This document shows, piece after piece, positions 40,296 through 52,645 of a stretch of 64,000 nt of DNA (the stretch's first letter is position 1; the number at the start of each line of letters is the position of its first letter). Source of the stretch: Octopus bimaculoides (taxonomy: Eukaryota); NCBI RefSeq assembly GCF_001194135.2, contig NC_068983.1:108585234-108649233 (forward strand). The letters run 5' to 3'. The notes under the pieces are model-generated. The model made no database searches. It had not been told where the DNA came from and saw only the letters and a program-made list of their open reading frames with translations. Made by a program: the position numbers and the translations under genes.

Positions 40296-40534
40296 TTAAC
40301 CCTTTTACTGTAAAATTCAGTCATATCCACTAAAAATTTTATTACCCTTCACTATAGAAAGCAGTTTTATATCTCAATCTATCACCTGTGGAAGAATGTC
40401 ATGCCTGAAACTACTTTTTGTCAAGTTTACTGAGGCAATGTGACTTGCAGAAAATACTGGTTCTATTTTTTGGCAGATGTTTGATATCATTAATGGAATA
40501 GCTATGAAATTTAATTTTGCATTAAAAGACTTAA
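40296..40534. mobile_element. Possible piggyBac-type MITE
   Basis: TTAA at both ends, with degenerate TIRs ttaacccttttactg and cattaaaagacttaa. Confidence 0.4.
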
Positions 40535-40647
40535 GACCAACTTTGCATTTTATCTTAAAATAAGTACCAGAATATATCCATTACCTATATTCTAACCACC
40601 AAACCATATTAGCCTTCTATCTAACAAATAAATCCTTAACATATGGA

Positions 40648-41150
40648 TACAGTTAACCTGGAGAGTGCTGGATTAGTGATTTTGTCATATTATTAATTGA
40701 TTAAGTATGGTAGGTTAGATTAGGTTAGGTAAAATGCCCTGTAAATTGGTACGAGCTGGTTAATAAGGAAAAGAGAAACATCAAATGAAATTTCACAGAC
40801 ACATCATTGTCAAGTTTGTTTTTCAACAGCTCAACAATTTCTTTTATGGACAATGCATGGTGTTTATGCTTTACACTGCAAGAAGCATTTCGTTTATGCA
40901 TTGGAACCTTGGCTGGGACTAAAAGTGAAAAAGGTATAGTTATAAATAAAAAAAAAACTGGAAAGGCCTACCTTTGTTTACAAATGATGTGAGTGTGTTT
41001 ATGCAGCAAGTAGCACCAACAAATTGTAGTGGCTAGCTGGTGTGATAACCCAGGAAATTTGAAATTGTTTGAAAATTTTTAGCTGAAATTAGTGCAAGAT
41101 TACTGATTTTGCTGGATTACAGGTTACCAGATTAGTGGCAGTCTACTGTA
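40648..41150. mobile_element. Degenerate pogo/Tigger-type non-autonomous element
   Basis: Starts tacagt and ends actgta; subterminal gctggatta/ccagatta motifs. Confidence 0.45.
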
Positions 41151-41179
41151 TTGCCATAGATATTGTGGACGTTTTTTTC

Positions 41180-41500
41180 TTTTTCCACATGGTTCCGGGT
41201 TCAGTCCCACTGCATAGCACCTTGGGCAAGTGTCTTCTACTGTAGCCTTGGGTCGACCAAAGCCTTGTGAGTGGATTTGGTAGATGGAAACTGAAAGAAG
41301 CTCACCGTATTTATATGTGTGTTTGTGTTTCTGTATTTGTCACCCCCACCATCACTTGACAACCGATGTTGGTGTGTTCACATCCCTGTAACTTAGCAGT
41401 TCAGCAAAAGAGACCAATAGAATAAGTACTAGGCTTATAAAGAATAAGTCCTGAGGTCGATTTGTTTCAAATGACTGAAACAAACAAAAGAATAAAAGAA
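41180..41500 (+). mobile_element. Long CORE-headed SINE with extra 3' module
   Basis: ccacatggttccgggttcagtcccactgcatagcaccttgggcaagtgtcttctact... followed by gacaaccgatgttggtgtg...aataagtactaggc. Confidence 0.8.
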
Positions 41501-41974
41501 TATGTCAGCAGCATTTTTTAGTAATTATTAATGTACAGAAATAATTTGATTTGAGATTGGTTTAAAAAAATAACCTATAATTGAAAGAGAAGAATTGTCA
41601 TTGAAAATGTATAGAGAAAAATACCACTAAAAACTAAGAAACAAAATAATGACAAATCAATATTGTAAACTCAATGTAAGTCTAATAAATCCTTGTCTAC
41701 CATTAGAACAGGTGTTTAATTACCAGTATGTCAATTAAAAAATTTTTAAGAATTGGCAAAAATCAAGATAATACCTCACAAAATGCCTTGCCATAGTTAG
41801 TTCTCAAGATCCTTATTCAAGTACTGGGGTCAACTATATTCAAGTATGATCAACAATATATTCTCCCAAAAAGTATACCCTTTGTGCCTTAGTCAGAAAT
41901 ATGAAAATGGAAAAGAAATAAATATTTGTTCAATATGCTTTGATAATAAGATAAAAAGAAAAACTATTTCATGA

Positions 41975-42160
41975 AGTTCATTGCTGTTGTTCTTTAGCCT
42001 CCTGTCAGCTCTGATTGACTAGATCTAACACCAAAGATGTTTGATCAGTGATCATTCTACTTTTTCTTTAAGGTCAATATCTTCTGGATACATATATCTC
42101 ATTTCTTTTTTGAAGACAGTAAAAAGTAATTTAAAAGAAATTTGACTACTGTTTCATTTC
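41975..42160 (-). mobile_element. Decayed SINE-like repeat
   Basis: tttagcctcctgtcagctctgatt..ctaacaccaaagatgtt...gatcattctacttttt resembles a repeat pattern I recall from octopus; there is no second copy in the window. Confidence 0.4.
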
Positions 42161-42285
42161 AGTTGTGTAGCAATGTACAAATTGTGTTAAGTTTTCTATG
42201 GGGATATTATAAATATTGCTAAATAAATGCCATTATGATATTTATTATTGCTACTACTACTAATACTTCTACTTTTCTTCTTCTT

Positions 42286-42316
<31 letters not shown>

Positions 42317-42342
42317 TTATTATTATTAGTAGTAGTAGTAGT

Positions 42343-42560
42343 TGGGTGGTTTGCTGGCAGAATTGTTAGCAATTAGAGCAAAATGCTTAATGGCATTTTG
42401 TCTGTCTTTACATTCTGAGTCCACATTACGCCAAGATCAACTTTGTCTTTCATCCCTTTGGGATAGATTAAATATGTACCAATGGAGAACCGGGGTCCAT
42501 GTAATCAACTTAACCACTCTTTTGAACTTGCTGGTCTTGTACCAAAATTTAAAACCATTA
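42343..42560 (+). mobile_element. Deu/Nin-domain-type SINE after a (CTT)(ATT)(GTA) microsatellite
   Basis: ggtggtttgctggcagaattgttagc...ctttcatccctttgggatagattaaatatgtacc; a second head starts at about 42572. Confidence 0.75.
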
Positions 42561-42992
42561 TTGTTATTATTAAGGCAGTGAGGTGGCAGAATCATTAGCA
42601 TACCAATGTTCATTTGCTTACATTACTGGTGGTATATTTTTGTGAACTATGTCTGCCAACATTATGAATAGCTCCAAGCCCCCAGAAACAGCTGTCGGAT
42701 TTATAACATAATGCTTTTCCCTCTTTACTTTCTGTGTCTGTGTACTCTGTGCAAGTTTATTCTGTTAAAATATAATTATGTATATATTTATACTTCAATA
42801 TTCATCATCTGAAAATTTTCAGTATTTGCTTTCTCTCTATTTACATATATACTTGTATATATGTTTTGTATATCTAACCCAAGCAAGCAGTTTTATTCGT
42901 TTATTTGCATCACTATCTATCTGCTCCCCTGGATTCCTCTTCTCACCACTCTTTATCCTGTGGACTTGGTCCTCAGTAAAGATCAATTAAGG

Positions 42993-45144
42993 AGATAAAT
43001 CAATTAAGGGTATGAAGACATGGAAAGCCCCTGGTCCATCAGGAATCACCATAGAGATGCTCAAAATATCTGGTGGTGTTGGCGATAGTCTAGTCACCCA
43101 TATAGTCAATCAGGTGATACATGAAGGAGTCATACCCAATGGCTGGTGTAGCAGCACCATAGTCTGCTGCTACAAAAGTAAAGGTGATGCAGTAGATACA
43201 AATAATTAGAGAGGTATCAAGTTGTTGGATCAGGTAATGAAATTCATGGAGAGGGTCATAGTTTAGATGAGATGCAGTTTGGGTTTGTGCCAGGGAAAAG
43301 CACCATTGATGCTATATTTCTGGTAAGACAGCTGCAGGAGAAATACCTAGCCAAAGATAAACCTCTGTACCTGGCTTTTGTTGACATAGAGAAAACCTTT
43401 GACAGGGACCCTGATCCCATATATGGTGGTCAATGCAGAAACTAGGGATAGATGAGTGGTTGGTGAGAGCTGTACAAGCCATGTACAGAGATGCTGTCAG
43501 TAAGGTGAGGGTTGGAAAAGCGTATAGTGAAGAATTCCAGGTAGGGGTCCACCAAGGATCAGTCCTCAGCCCCTTCTTATTCATCATAGTTTTCCAGGTA
43601 ATAACAGAGGAATTCAAAACAGAATGTCCCTGGGAGCTTCTTTATGCTGATGACCTTACTCTAATACCCGAATGACTATCAGAACTAGAGGAGAAATTTC
43701 AGGTGTGGAAACAAGGACTAGAATCGAAGGGCCGTAGAGTAAATCTAGCAAAAACTAAAGTCTTAATAAGTAGGAAGGCAGATAAATCACAAATCCTTTC
43801 AGTTAGATGGCCCTGCTCAATCTGTAGAAAAGGTATAGTTAGAAGCTCCTTAATATGTACCCAGAGTAAGCTATGGACACAAAAGATGTGTAGCAATATC
43901 AAGGGATGGCTAACTAGGAAGATAGTTTTTGTGTGTGGCAAATGTTCAGGGGCAATAAATACTGAAAATATACAGAAAACAGCTTCTGTCACATGCTAGG
44001 AGGTAAAACTACAAGTAGTTGATAGCTTCCATTACCTAGGTGACCAAGTCAGTAGTGGGGGTGGATGCTCTGAAATTGTAGCTGCTAGAATAAGAATAGT
44101 CTGGGTAAAGTTCAGAGAGCTCTTACCTCTGCTGATGATAAAGGGCCTCTCGCTCCGAGTAAAAGGTAGACTGTATGACACATGTGTGTGAACAGCCATG
44201 CTTCATGGAGTGAAACATGGGCCATGACTGCTGAGGACATGCATACGCTTGCAAGAAATGAAGCTAGTATGCTTCGCTGGATGTGTAATGTCAGTGTACA
44301 TACACGACAGAGTGTAAGCACCCTGAGAAAAAAGTTGGACATAAGAAGCATCAGATGTGGTGTGAAAGAGAGACGACTGTGTTGGTATGGTCATGTGTTG
44401 CATATGAATGAGGACAGCTGTGTGAAAAAGTGTCACATCCTAGCAGTAGAGGGAACCTGTGAAAGCGATAGACCCAGGAAGACATGGGATGAGGTGGTGA
44501 AGCACGACCTTTGAACGTTGGGCCTCACAGAGGTGATGAGTGACTGAGACATTTGGAGATATGCTGTGCTTGAGAAAATCCGGCAAGCCAAATGAGACCG
44601 TAACCATGGCCTGTGCCAGTGCTGCATGACTGGCCCATTTGTGAGTACCCTTCAATCATTGGGCAATAAATTGAGCATGCAAGGACCGGTTGAATCAAGT
44701 GAAGTCATTTTTGTGGCCAATGCCAGTATTGCCTGACTGGCACCCATGACGGTGGCACATAAAAAGCACCATTCAAGTGTGGTCGTCACCAGTGCTGCCT
44801 GATTGGCTCCCATACCAGTGGCATGTAAAAAGCACCATTTGAGCATGGTTATTGCCAGTGCTGCCTGACTGGCTCCCATGCAGGTTGCACATAAAATGCA
44901 CCATTCAAGTGTGGTCGATGTCAGTACCACCAGACTGACCCTTGTGCTGGTGGCACATAAAAAGCACCCACTGCACTCTTGGAGCGGTTGGTGTTAGGAA
45001 GGGCATCCAGCTGTAGAAACTTTGCCAGATCAGATTGGAGCCTGGTACAGCCTTCTGGCTCGCCAGTCTTCAGTCAAACTGTCCAACCAATGCCAGCATG
45101 GAAAGTAAATGTTGAATGATGACGACGACGACGATGATGATGAT
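42993..45144 (+). mobile_element. 5'-truncated RTE-clade LINE (RT, PHD-like insert, 3' UTR, (GAC/GAT)n tail)
   Basis: KAPGPSGI, CYKSKGD..NN*RGIKLL, QFGFVPGKSTIDAIF, AFVDIEKTFD, GVHQGSVLSPFLF, YADD (43643-43654), KTK, YLGD, RRLCWYGHV, GRPRKTW-like end. Several frameshifts and stops. Confidence 0.95.
44720..44970 (+). repeat. Four diverged units of about 66 bp in the RTE 3' UTR
   Basis: Recurring ccagtgctgcctgactggctccc..gtggcac.taaaaagcaccatt. Confidence 0.8.
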
Positions 45145-45286
45145 AGATACATACACACACACATACATACACACAAACACACACAAAAATGAAAGAATAT
45201 AAATCATCATCAAATGGGTACATGTGTACATGTGTGTGTGTACATACATGTGCACATATGTGCTTATCTATTTATCTGTCTATCTA

Positions 45287-45329
<43 letters not shown>

Positions 45330-46087
45330 ATGTGTGTTTATCTATCTAACTATATATTATATATATTTTGCTATCAGCATCAGTACTTCCCAATTAAAGA
45401 GTTGTCATCACAAGAGAAGAAAATTCTCTGTAAACAAATGTCCTAACTAACAGTATTTCTGAAAAAAACTTCAGTAATAACAATATAAAAATTGGCTTTA
45501 AATATTTAAAAAAAAAATACAAATTTTACATAGAATTTATTTCAGATGCTATGTATAAAAGTATATCATGTCAATGAATAAGATTTTAATTGTTTGGAAA
45601 TAATGTAAAAGCTTTGTACATAAATAGATATATAGATATAACTATGTTCTACTTATTTTCTTTTTAAATTCATTTTTGTGGCAATACATTTCTAATAAAC
45701 TTTCTAAGGTAAAACATATAATATCAATATTTAACTGCAAATTTTCTAGGGCAGTAAACAGAAATTATTATTTTTATATCGTATCCTCATATTTTTACTA
45801 TTTAATAATATTTAATGATAAAATAAGAATGAATAACTTGAATGAAAATATGTTGGGCTACAATATAAGAACCTTCTAAACATGTTAACCTTAAAATAAA
45901 TATCTTCAGATATATTCAGAAATTCTAAATAAAGTGTTACATGTATTGTTCAACATAGTTGATCTATTTGTGTCATATTAAATGAAAAGATATTGTAGAG
46001 TTACAAACAAAGAGTTATTCTCTGCCTTTTATATTTCCTGTTTCCATGCAACAGTTGTCAACGATAAAGATTGCAGACATCTTTTCT

Positions 46088-46538
46088 NNNNNNNNNNNNN
46101 NNNNNNNNNNNNNNNNNNNNNNNNNNNNNNNNNNNNNNNNNNNNNNNNNNNNNNNNNNNNNNNNNNNNNNNNNNNNNNNNNNNNNNNNNNNNNNNNNNNN
46201 NNNNNNNNNNNNNNNNNNNNNNNNNNNNNNNNNNNNNNNNNNNNNNNNNNNNNNNNNNNNNNNNNNNNNNNNNNNNNNNNNNNNNNNNNNNNNNNNNNNN
46301 NNNNNNNNNNNNNNNNNNNNNNNNNNNNNNNNNNNNNNNNNNNNNNNNNNNNNNNNNNNNNNNNNNNNNNNNNNNNNNNNNNNNNNNNNNNNNNNNNNNN
46401 NNNNNNNNNNNNNNNNNNNNNNNNNNNNNNNNNNNNNNNNNNNNNNNNNNNNNNNNNNNNNNNNNNNNNNNNNNNNNNNNNNNNNNNNNNNNNNNNNNNN
46501 NNNNNNNNNNNNNNNNNNNNNNNNNNNNNNNNNNNNNN
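46088..46538. other. Largest assembly gap (others: 3122-3226, 13120-13129, 17417-17457, 20762-21042, 30767-30874, 48603-48745, 51877-51886)
   Basis: N runs, almost all flanked by dinucleotide microsatellites. Confidence 0.95.
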
Positions 46539-47004
46539 TGTGTTTGTATATGTGTGTGTATAACATCTATATCATGAATAACACTATAAATCAGAAGAAT
46601 CAAAAGACATTTAAACATTAGAAAACCTCACTGGGGTTCTGATAAGAAAGTAAACACATAATTTCTATACTATTTATGTGTGGCAAAAAGTAAAAGAAAG
46701 TCTCCAAGTTGATCATTTCACAGTTTATTAATGACTCTTCATAAATGATTTCCTCAACTTCCTTCTTCGTTCAATAGCACATGTCAGCTTCTATGTAAAG
46801 CAGTCACAAATTAGGTTAGCACATTAGGGGATAATCTAGTTAGTATGTATATGCTTCTGATAGCCTGTCATCAATTAAAGAATGTCTATTTTATAACACA
46901 TCATAAATCAGAAGATTTATATATATACACACATATATATATATGGCTCCATGGTTAAGAAGGTTGCTTTGCAGCCACATGGTTCCAGATTCAGTACCAA
47001 TGTC

Positions 47005-48545
47005 TATAACATTGAGAAATAATTTTTTGACTTAGATCATATTTTTCCATGACATTTTTTATGCACAGGTTCATTTCTCTATATTTTTACTTTTGGCTTG
47101 GTTCTTCTCCTGGTATAAACTTCTGGAATTTGGTATTGGCAAACCTTTCCTCACATTTAATCACATTAATAAGTTTCCAAATATTTGGATGACTAATATT
47201 CACTGTATTTTTCAGCACACTGTGGTAGGCTTCTAAACTATTTATAGTACAAGCAACTCCCATCATACATTGATCCCAAACATTTTATATACGTAATGGA
47301 AATAGAAGCTCAAGGCATCACCTCTTCTGTCCTCTTCTTCTAGGTGGTCCCATATAATTATTTTCAAAATAGGATACAATTCACTGTGGAATATCATCAT
47401 CTACAAGTTGTTCATATCCATCATGAACCAGCAGGAAGGCAAATGCAACAAAACACTGCATTTTTAGACTAAAACTGTGATATCTGCATTTTAGTCCTTC
47501 TTGTACAACATGCTTGTACACATTTTGTCCTAAATAAAACAAGTAGCATGCCAAATTCAATCCAGGAAATGATTACAGAAATCTGTTATGGGCTGCTTTT
47601 TTGAAATTCATTATTATATTATCAGGTCTCTCATTTTGCAGTAATTCATTTATCTTTGCCAAAAGTCTACTATATGTCTCTTGACTTTTGTCAGAGAGTA
47701 ATGTGAACAATTGTGGGGCATAAAAATAATCAATTTGAATGCGAAGTATATATAACTGAAAAAATATACTAGAGCAGCACTTAAATATTACCCAGTTCTT
47801 GTGGTGTTGTAACTGTCAAAGTGCTTCGTCAATTTCACATATTAGTATTCTTTTTGAATCTTCCATCCTGCTGTCATACTGTAAAGGCATTTCACCATTG
47901 TCAAGGAAGGAGTATTCACTTGGAATGGAAAACCCAACATTTGTAAGTGGGGTGGCAGGATAGTTAAAATCAGCTTGCCTTCAACATCTAATATTCCTAT
48001 TAAGCTGTGCAAATGGAGGTAGCTGGAACAATGTACAGTCGTTTAAGTTCTGAACTTTACTAGTGATAATTGAGTGAAGGGCATCACGAGATGAAATATT
48101 CTTTACTTTAATATTTGAAACTATTCACGTAGGGTGAAATGCCTACTGGTATTTCATCTGTCTTTACGTTCTGAGTCCAATTTCCGCTGAAATCAACTTT
48201 TCCTTTTGGGGTTGATAAATTAAGTACCAGTTGCATACTGGGAACGATCTAATCGACTGGCCCCCTCCCCCAAAATTTCGGGTCTTGTGCTTTGAGTAGA
48301 AAAGAATATTTGAAACTATTATCCTTGCATTTATCTCTGCAGCAGTTGAAACATGATTATGGATCCCAATCTTCTTGCGATCTTTATTATTTTTTCCTGT
48401 ATCAAGTCTCACCTTGCACACATGATTTTCATACCTCTAGTATAACTTCAGTCCATCTGCACTCTGCTTTATTTTTTGTGTATATATATAATTTTCTTGA
48501 TTGAACACTTTTGATTTTTCTTTCACTTGCAGGTAGTCATTTAAT
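47005..48545 (-). pseudogene. FLYWCH-MULE (Mutator-like) transposase pseudogene
   Basis: CKVRLDT..IGIHNH (FLYWCH), IPSEY..DSKRILI, FFQLYIL, LLSDKSQETYSRL, FPGLNLACYLFYLGQNVYKHVVQEGL, TINSLEAYH..ISHPNIWKLI. Largely one frame with a few stops once the SINE is removed. Confidence 0.9.
48126..48304 (+). mobile_element. 5'-truncated Deu/Nin-type SINE inserted in the MULE transposase
   Basis: Perfect 16-bp TSD AATATTTGAAACTATT at 48110-48125 and 48305-48320. Confidence 0.9.
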
Positions 48546-48747
48546 TCAAATTGCTTGAAAATCTTTGTAAATTGTTCAGTGCAGAAGAGAGAGAGAGAGA
48601 GANNNNNNNNNNNNNNNNNNNNNNNNNNNNNNNNNNNNNNNNNNNNNNNNNNNNNNNNNNNNNNNNNNNNNNNNNNNNNNNNNNNNNNNNNNNNNNNNNN
48701 NNNNNNNNNNNNNNNNNNNNNNNNNNNNNNNNNNNNNNNNNNNNNGG

Positions 48748-48803
<56 letters not shown>

Positions 48804-48914
48804 TGGGGGTGGTGAAAGAAAAGAAATAAAATTATCTAAAACTGTCCAATGTGAATTTTAATTCTAAAATGATTGTTCTAAACTTTCTCTCGAAAATCAT
48901 ATTTAAGAGTATTT

Positions 48915-49028
48915 TGGGATGAATTGGCCAGTGATGAATTGACCTGGAGATGAATTGATTAATGACAAATTAATCGGGGATAAATTAACTGATGATGAAA
49001 TAACTGAGTATGAATTGTCCTAGCACCC
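48915..49028. repeat. Subterminal gatgaatt repeats, probable MULE 5' terminus
   Basis: About six spaced variants of gatgaattg ending gaattgtcctagcaccc, upstream of the transposase. The partner end is not visible. Confidence 0.45.
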
Positions 49029-49401
49029 TGAAGGGATTTGTGATTTGTCTGCTTTCCTATTTACTAACACTTTGGTTTTTGCTAGATTAACTCTAAGGCC
49101 CTTTGATTCTAGACCGCACTTCCACATCCAAAATTTCTCCTCTAGATCAGGTAGTGACTTGGCTATAAGCTATAACCTTTTTGGGAATATAGTATCAGTT
49201 GTGTCACAAATCTGAACTGCATCTCAGCTGCATTATCTCTCTCCCTAATTAATTGAGTTATGACTCTTAATTTGACTTTCATCACCTGTTCCAGCAATTT
49301 GATGCGTCTGTAATTATTTCTGCCCAAAGCATGTATATATATATATATATATACATTATGTTAAATAAAATAACAAGGCCAAGCAATATGGTATTATATA
49401 C

Positions 49402-49439
<38 letters not shown>

Positions 49440-49629
49440 GCACACACACACACACGTGTGTGTGTGTGCATGTGTGTATGTTTGTGTCACCTTGTCTTGA
49501 CATTGCATGTAGTTGTAAACGAGGGACAATGTCACATAAGCAGTATCATGCATTTCCAAACAGACACAAAGACACACATACACACACACACATACATACA
49601 CACAAACATGCATATCTATGTATATACAT

Positions 49630-49785
49630 GAAGCTCCTTTTAGTTTACATCTACCAAATCAACTTTCAAGGCTTTGGTCAGCTCAAGGCTATAGTAGAAG
49701 GCACTCATTCTAGCTGCCACACAGTGGGACTGAACCTTGAATCATGTGGTTGGAAAGCATATTTCTTACCTCACAACCATGCCTA
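49630..49785 (-). mobile_element. CORE-type SINE
   Basis: ctatagtagaaggcactc...cacacagtgggactgaacc...aaccatgcct. Confidence 0.75.
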
Positions 49786-49813
49786 CACACATAGACACAC
49801 ACACACACCACAT

Positions 49814-49861
<48 letters not shown>

Positions 49862-49949
49862 GCACAACAGAGGGAGAGAGAGAGATGTTAGAGTGACGAT
49901 ATCTGATATGATATTGTAAGTTTCAGTCCCTATCATACTAAATGTTACT

Positions 49950-50357
49950 CTTTTACTCTTTTATTTGTTTCAGTCATTTGACTGCGACCATGTTGGGACA
50001 CTGCCTTTAGTCAAACAAATCGACTCCAGGACTCATTCTTTGTAAGCCTAGTAATTATTTTATCGGTCTGTTTTGCCGAAACTTCTAAGTTATTGGGGAC
50101 ATAAATGCACTAGCATTGGTTGTCAAGCAATGGTGGGGGTGGAGTGGGGACAAATACAGACATGCAAACATACACACACACATATATACATATATATACG
50201 TTAGGCTTCCTTCAGTTTCTGTCTACCAAATCTACTCACAAGCTTTTGGTCGGCCTGTAGCTATAGTAGAAGACACTTGCCCAACATGCCACACAGTGGG
50301 ACTGAACCTGGAACCATGTTGTTGGTAAGCAAGCTGCTTACCACACAGCCACTCCTG
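49950..50357 (-). mobile_element. Long CORE-headed SINE
   Basis: Reverse complement of the 41180-41500 type, with a more complete 3' end. Confidence 0.8.
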
Positions 50358-52200
50358 CACCAATGTTAGTTAATTTCTATTAAAAATATCGTTTTCTTGT
50401 AGACAATACGATGATTTATGTAAATAAATTTTATGTATTAATACTAATTTACTTTTATTTAGTATAATTGATTAAACTGACAATTACCAAAATTAATACA
50501 CTGAATTTATACAAATCATATTCAGAAGATTCCATATTTTGAAATATATGGAGATTAAAATAGCACTGAAATCATTCCTGTTGATACTGAGAGTAGGCAT
50601 AACAATCTATCAATGCTTAACTGAAAGATTATCTTTCACTTTGCCCATTTTCATTGGCTTCTTAGACTCAAGCGTAATGTCTAACTGTACAGTTTTGATT
50701 ATAGCTATTTTTGTAAGTTAGCCATAAAAATGCCTTTTATCAATGACTTAAAACCAAAATATCACCAGATGATGACTGCAAAATATTATTGCTGCCAACA
50801 ATTTATTTTGTGAATAGCACCAGGTGTTAATTAATAGTGTTCATCACAGAAACATTTTGATAAAAAAGATTAATCAAATAATAAACCAATTATTCTTTAA
50901 GCTATTTTTTTGTTTTAGAATATTGAATAATATTTGTGCTTAAATGTGTGACAAGACATATAGTCTGGGTCACATTGTTTTTTTAAAATGCTTTCAGTTA
51001 CATATGAAATAATAGCTGTCGTTGTAAAGAAATTCATGATTTGTTGGGTAACTTAGCCAGGAGAATTAATATTATTACTGTAGTGCTCGCTACAATTAAG
51101 GGTAAATCTTGAGATAATTCTTCATTTCATATACATTATTTCACATTAAATTACATATAGTTCTTTCACACAATTATTAGTATTTGTGAGAAGTATGATA
51201 CAACATGTGGAAAATGAGTTGAAAGGACAGGAAACTGAAGAAATAGTAAACTGAGTATAATACCTGAATAATAATGAAAGACATTGCAAACATGTTGATT
51301 GCAAATGATTTAATGTATGTATTGTGTGTAGTGTTCAGTACTGAATGAAATGGGTAGACTCTGCTTGTGTTGATATTTGATGCAAATAGATTACGTTTTG
51401 AGTGATTGTCTTTAATCTGTTTGTGAATGTTAAAACAAAGTACCACTCCAGGGTGGTGAACCAGTGAAATTGTTAGAGCATCAGACAAGGTGATTTGTTT
51501 GTTTTGGCTATTTGTATTCTGAGTTCTTATGTGATAGACTCAATCTACTGCCCCAAAAATCTCTCAAATGTCATCATTTCTAAAAATAAACTTGGCATCA
51601 TTTCTAAAAATAGCCAAACACCTACTGCTGCTGTCCAAAGGAATAGGTATAAAAGACAAAAGAACAGCCAGTCTGTTACAGTACATCTGTCAGAGGGGCC
51701 TTGATGAATGCCATGAGGCATGAAAGTATACTAGCCTTTATATAGTTAATACTCTATATTTAATACTCAATATTTCATATATTCAATAAGACATTCAATA
51801 CTTCATTTCATTTCACTATATATATTATATATTCCATATTCTATATCCCACATTAATTTTATAAGAATATAAATAANNNNNNNNNNATATATATATATAT
51901 ATATATATACATATTTTTCTTTTACAAGAATAGCATTGACAGTAACTTCAAAGATTTTTCTCAGCTAACTCAACAGCAGAAGTCCAATGGTGGATTAGCT
52001 GACTGAAACTTTGAAATCCCTGTCAAAACTATTCTTGCTAAAAAATATAAATTTGCACTCTACAAAATGTTTTGATTAATCCTTTAATTTAATGTAAAAT
52101 TGTTTTCAATATATCATAAAAACAAATATTAATACATATATACATACATGTGTGTATGTATGTATGTACACATATAATTATATATGTATGTATGTACGCA

Positions 52201-52414
52201 TATGGTGGTTGTCTACTCCTTACACAGAGTCTGACCACCTCCTGTACCTACACCTTAGCCCCTTCATGGCGTCTGATGTGGCTTTTTAAACCAGACAATG
52301 TTTTGAAAAAACACCCTCACAGATTGCACCTCTGATTTGTACTACCAATACCTGCAGGTAAGTTCTGCTCATTGTGGATCCTAACATGTCTTTTAAGACC
52401 CCCATTGGATTTGC
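52201..52414 (-). mobile_element. LINE 3' end encoding two tandem C2H2-like fingers (probably RTE)
   Basis: Minus strand: KSNGGLKRHVRIHNEQNLPAGIGSTNQRCNL*GCFFKTLSGLKSHIRRHEGAKV*, then a short UTR ending in a (CATA/TA)n tail. Confidence 0.65.
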
Positions 52415-52489
52415 AATATAATTATATGTATAATTTGTATAAAATTATATGTACGCATATAATTATATACAAACACCCATATATCTACA

Positions 52490-52645
52490 ATTGACCTGTT
52501 GCAGTTTCTGTCTATCAAATCCACTCTCAAGATTTTGGTTGGCTGAAGGCTATAGTAGAAGACACTTGCTCAAGATGCTATGCAGTGGGACTGAGCTGAA
52601 ATCATGTGGTCAGGAAGCAAACATCTCAACCACCCAGCTAAGCTT
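52490..52645 (-). mobile_element. CORE-type SINE
   Basis: aaatccactctcaag..ggctatagtagaagacacttgctcaag..gtgggactgag. Confidence 0.75.

Noticed and set aside
44720-44970. CRISPR-like spaced repeats (also 11.2-11.5k and 48.9-49.0k)
   Set aside because: The context is eukaryotic, the units are homologous along their whole length, and there are no unique spacers or cas genes.
45982-46621. ORFs of 124-193 aa here and at 20.7k, 30.7k and 48.6k
   Set aside because: They are made mostly of X from N gaps.
48505-48590. Strong acceptor tttttctttcacttgcag
   Set aside because: All three downstream frames stop quickly, and it is the antisense of the MULE N-terminus.
52324-52364. Strong donor CAG|gtaagt with a possible 35-nt exon
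   Set aside because: It lies antisense within the C2H2-bearing LINE fragment, which explains the sequence better. Exonisation is not excluded but is unsupported.
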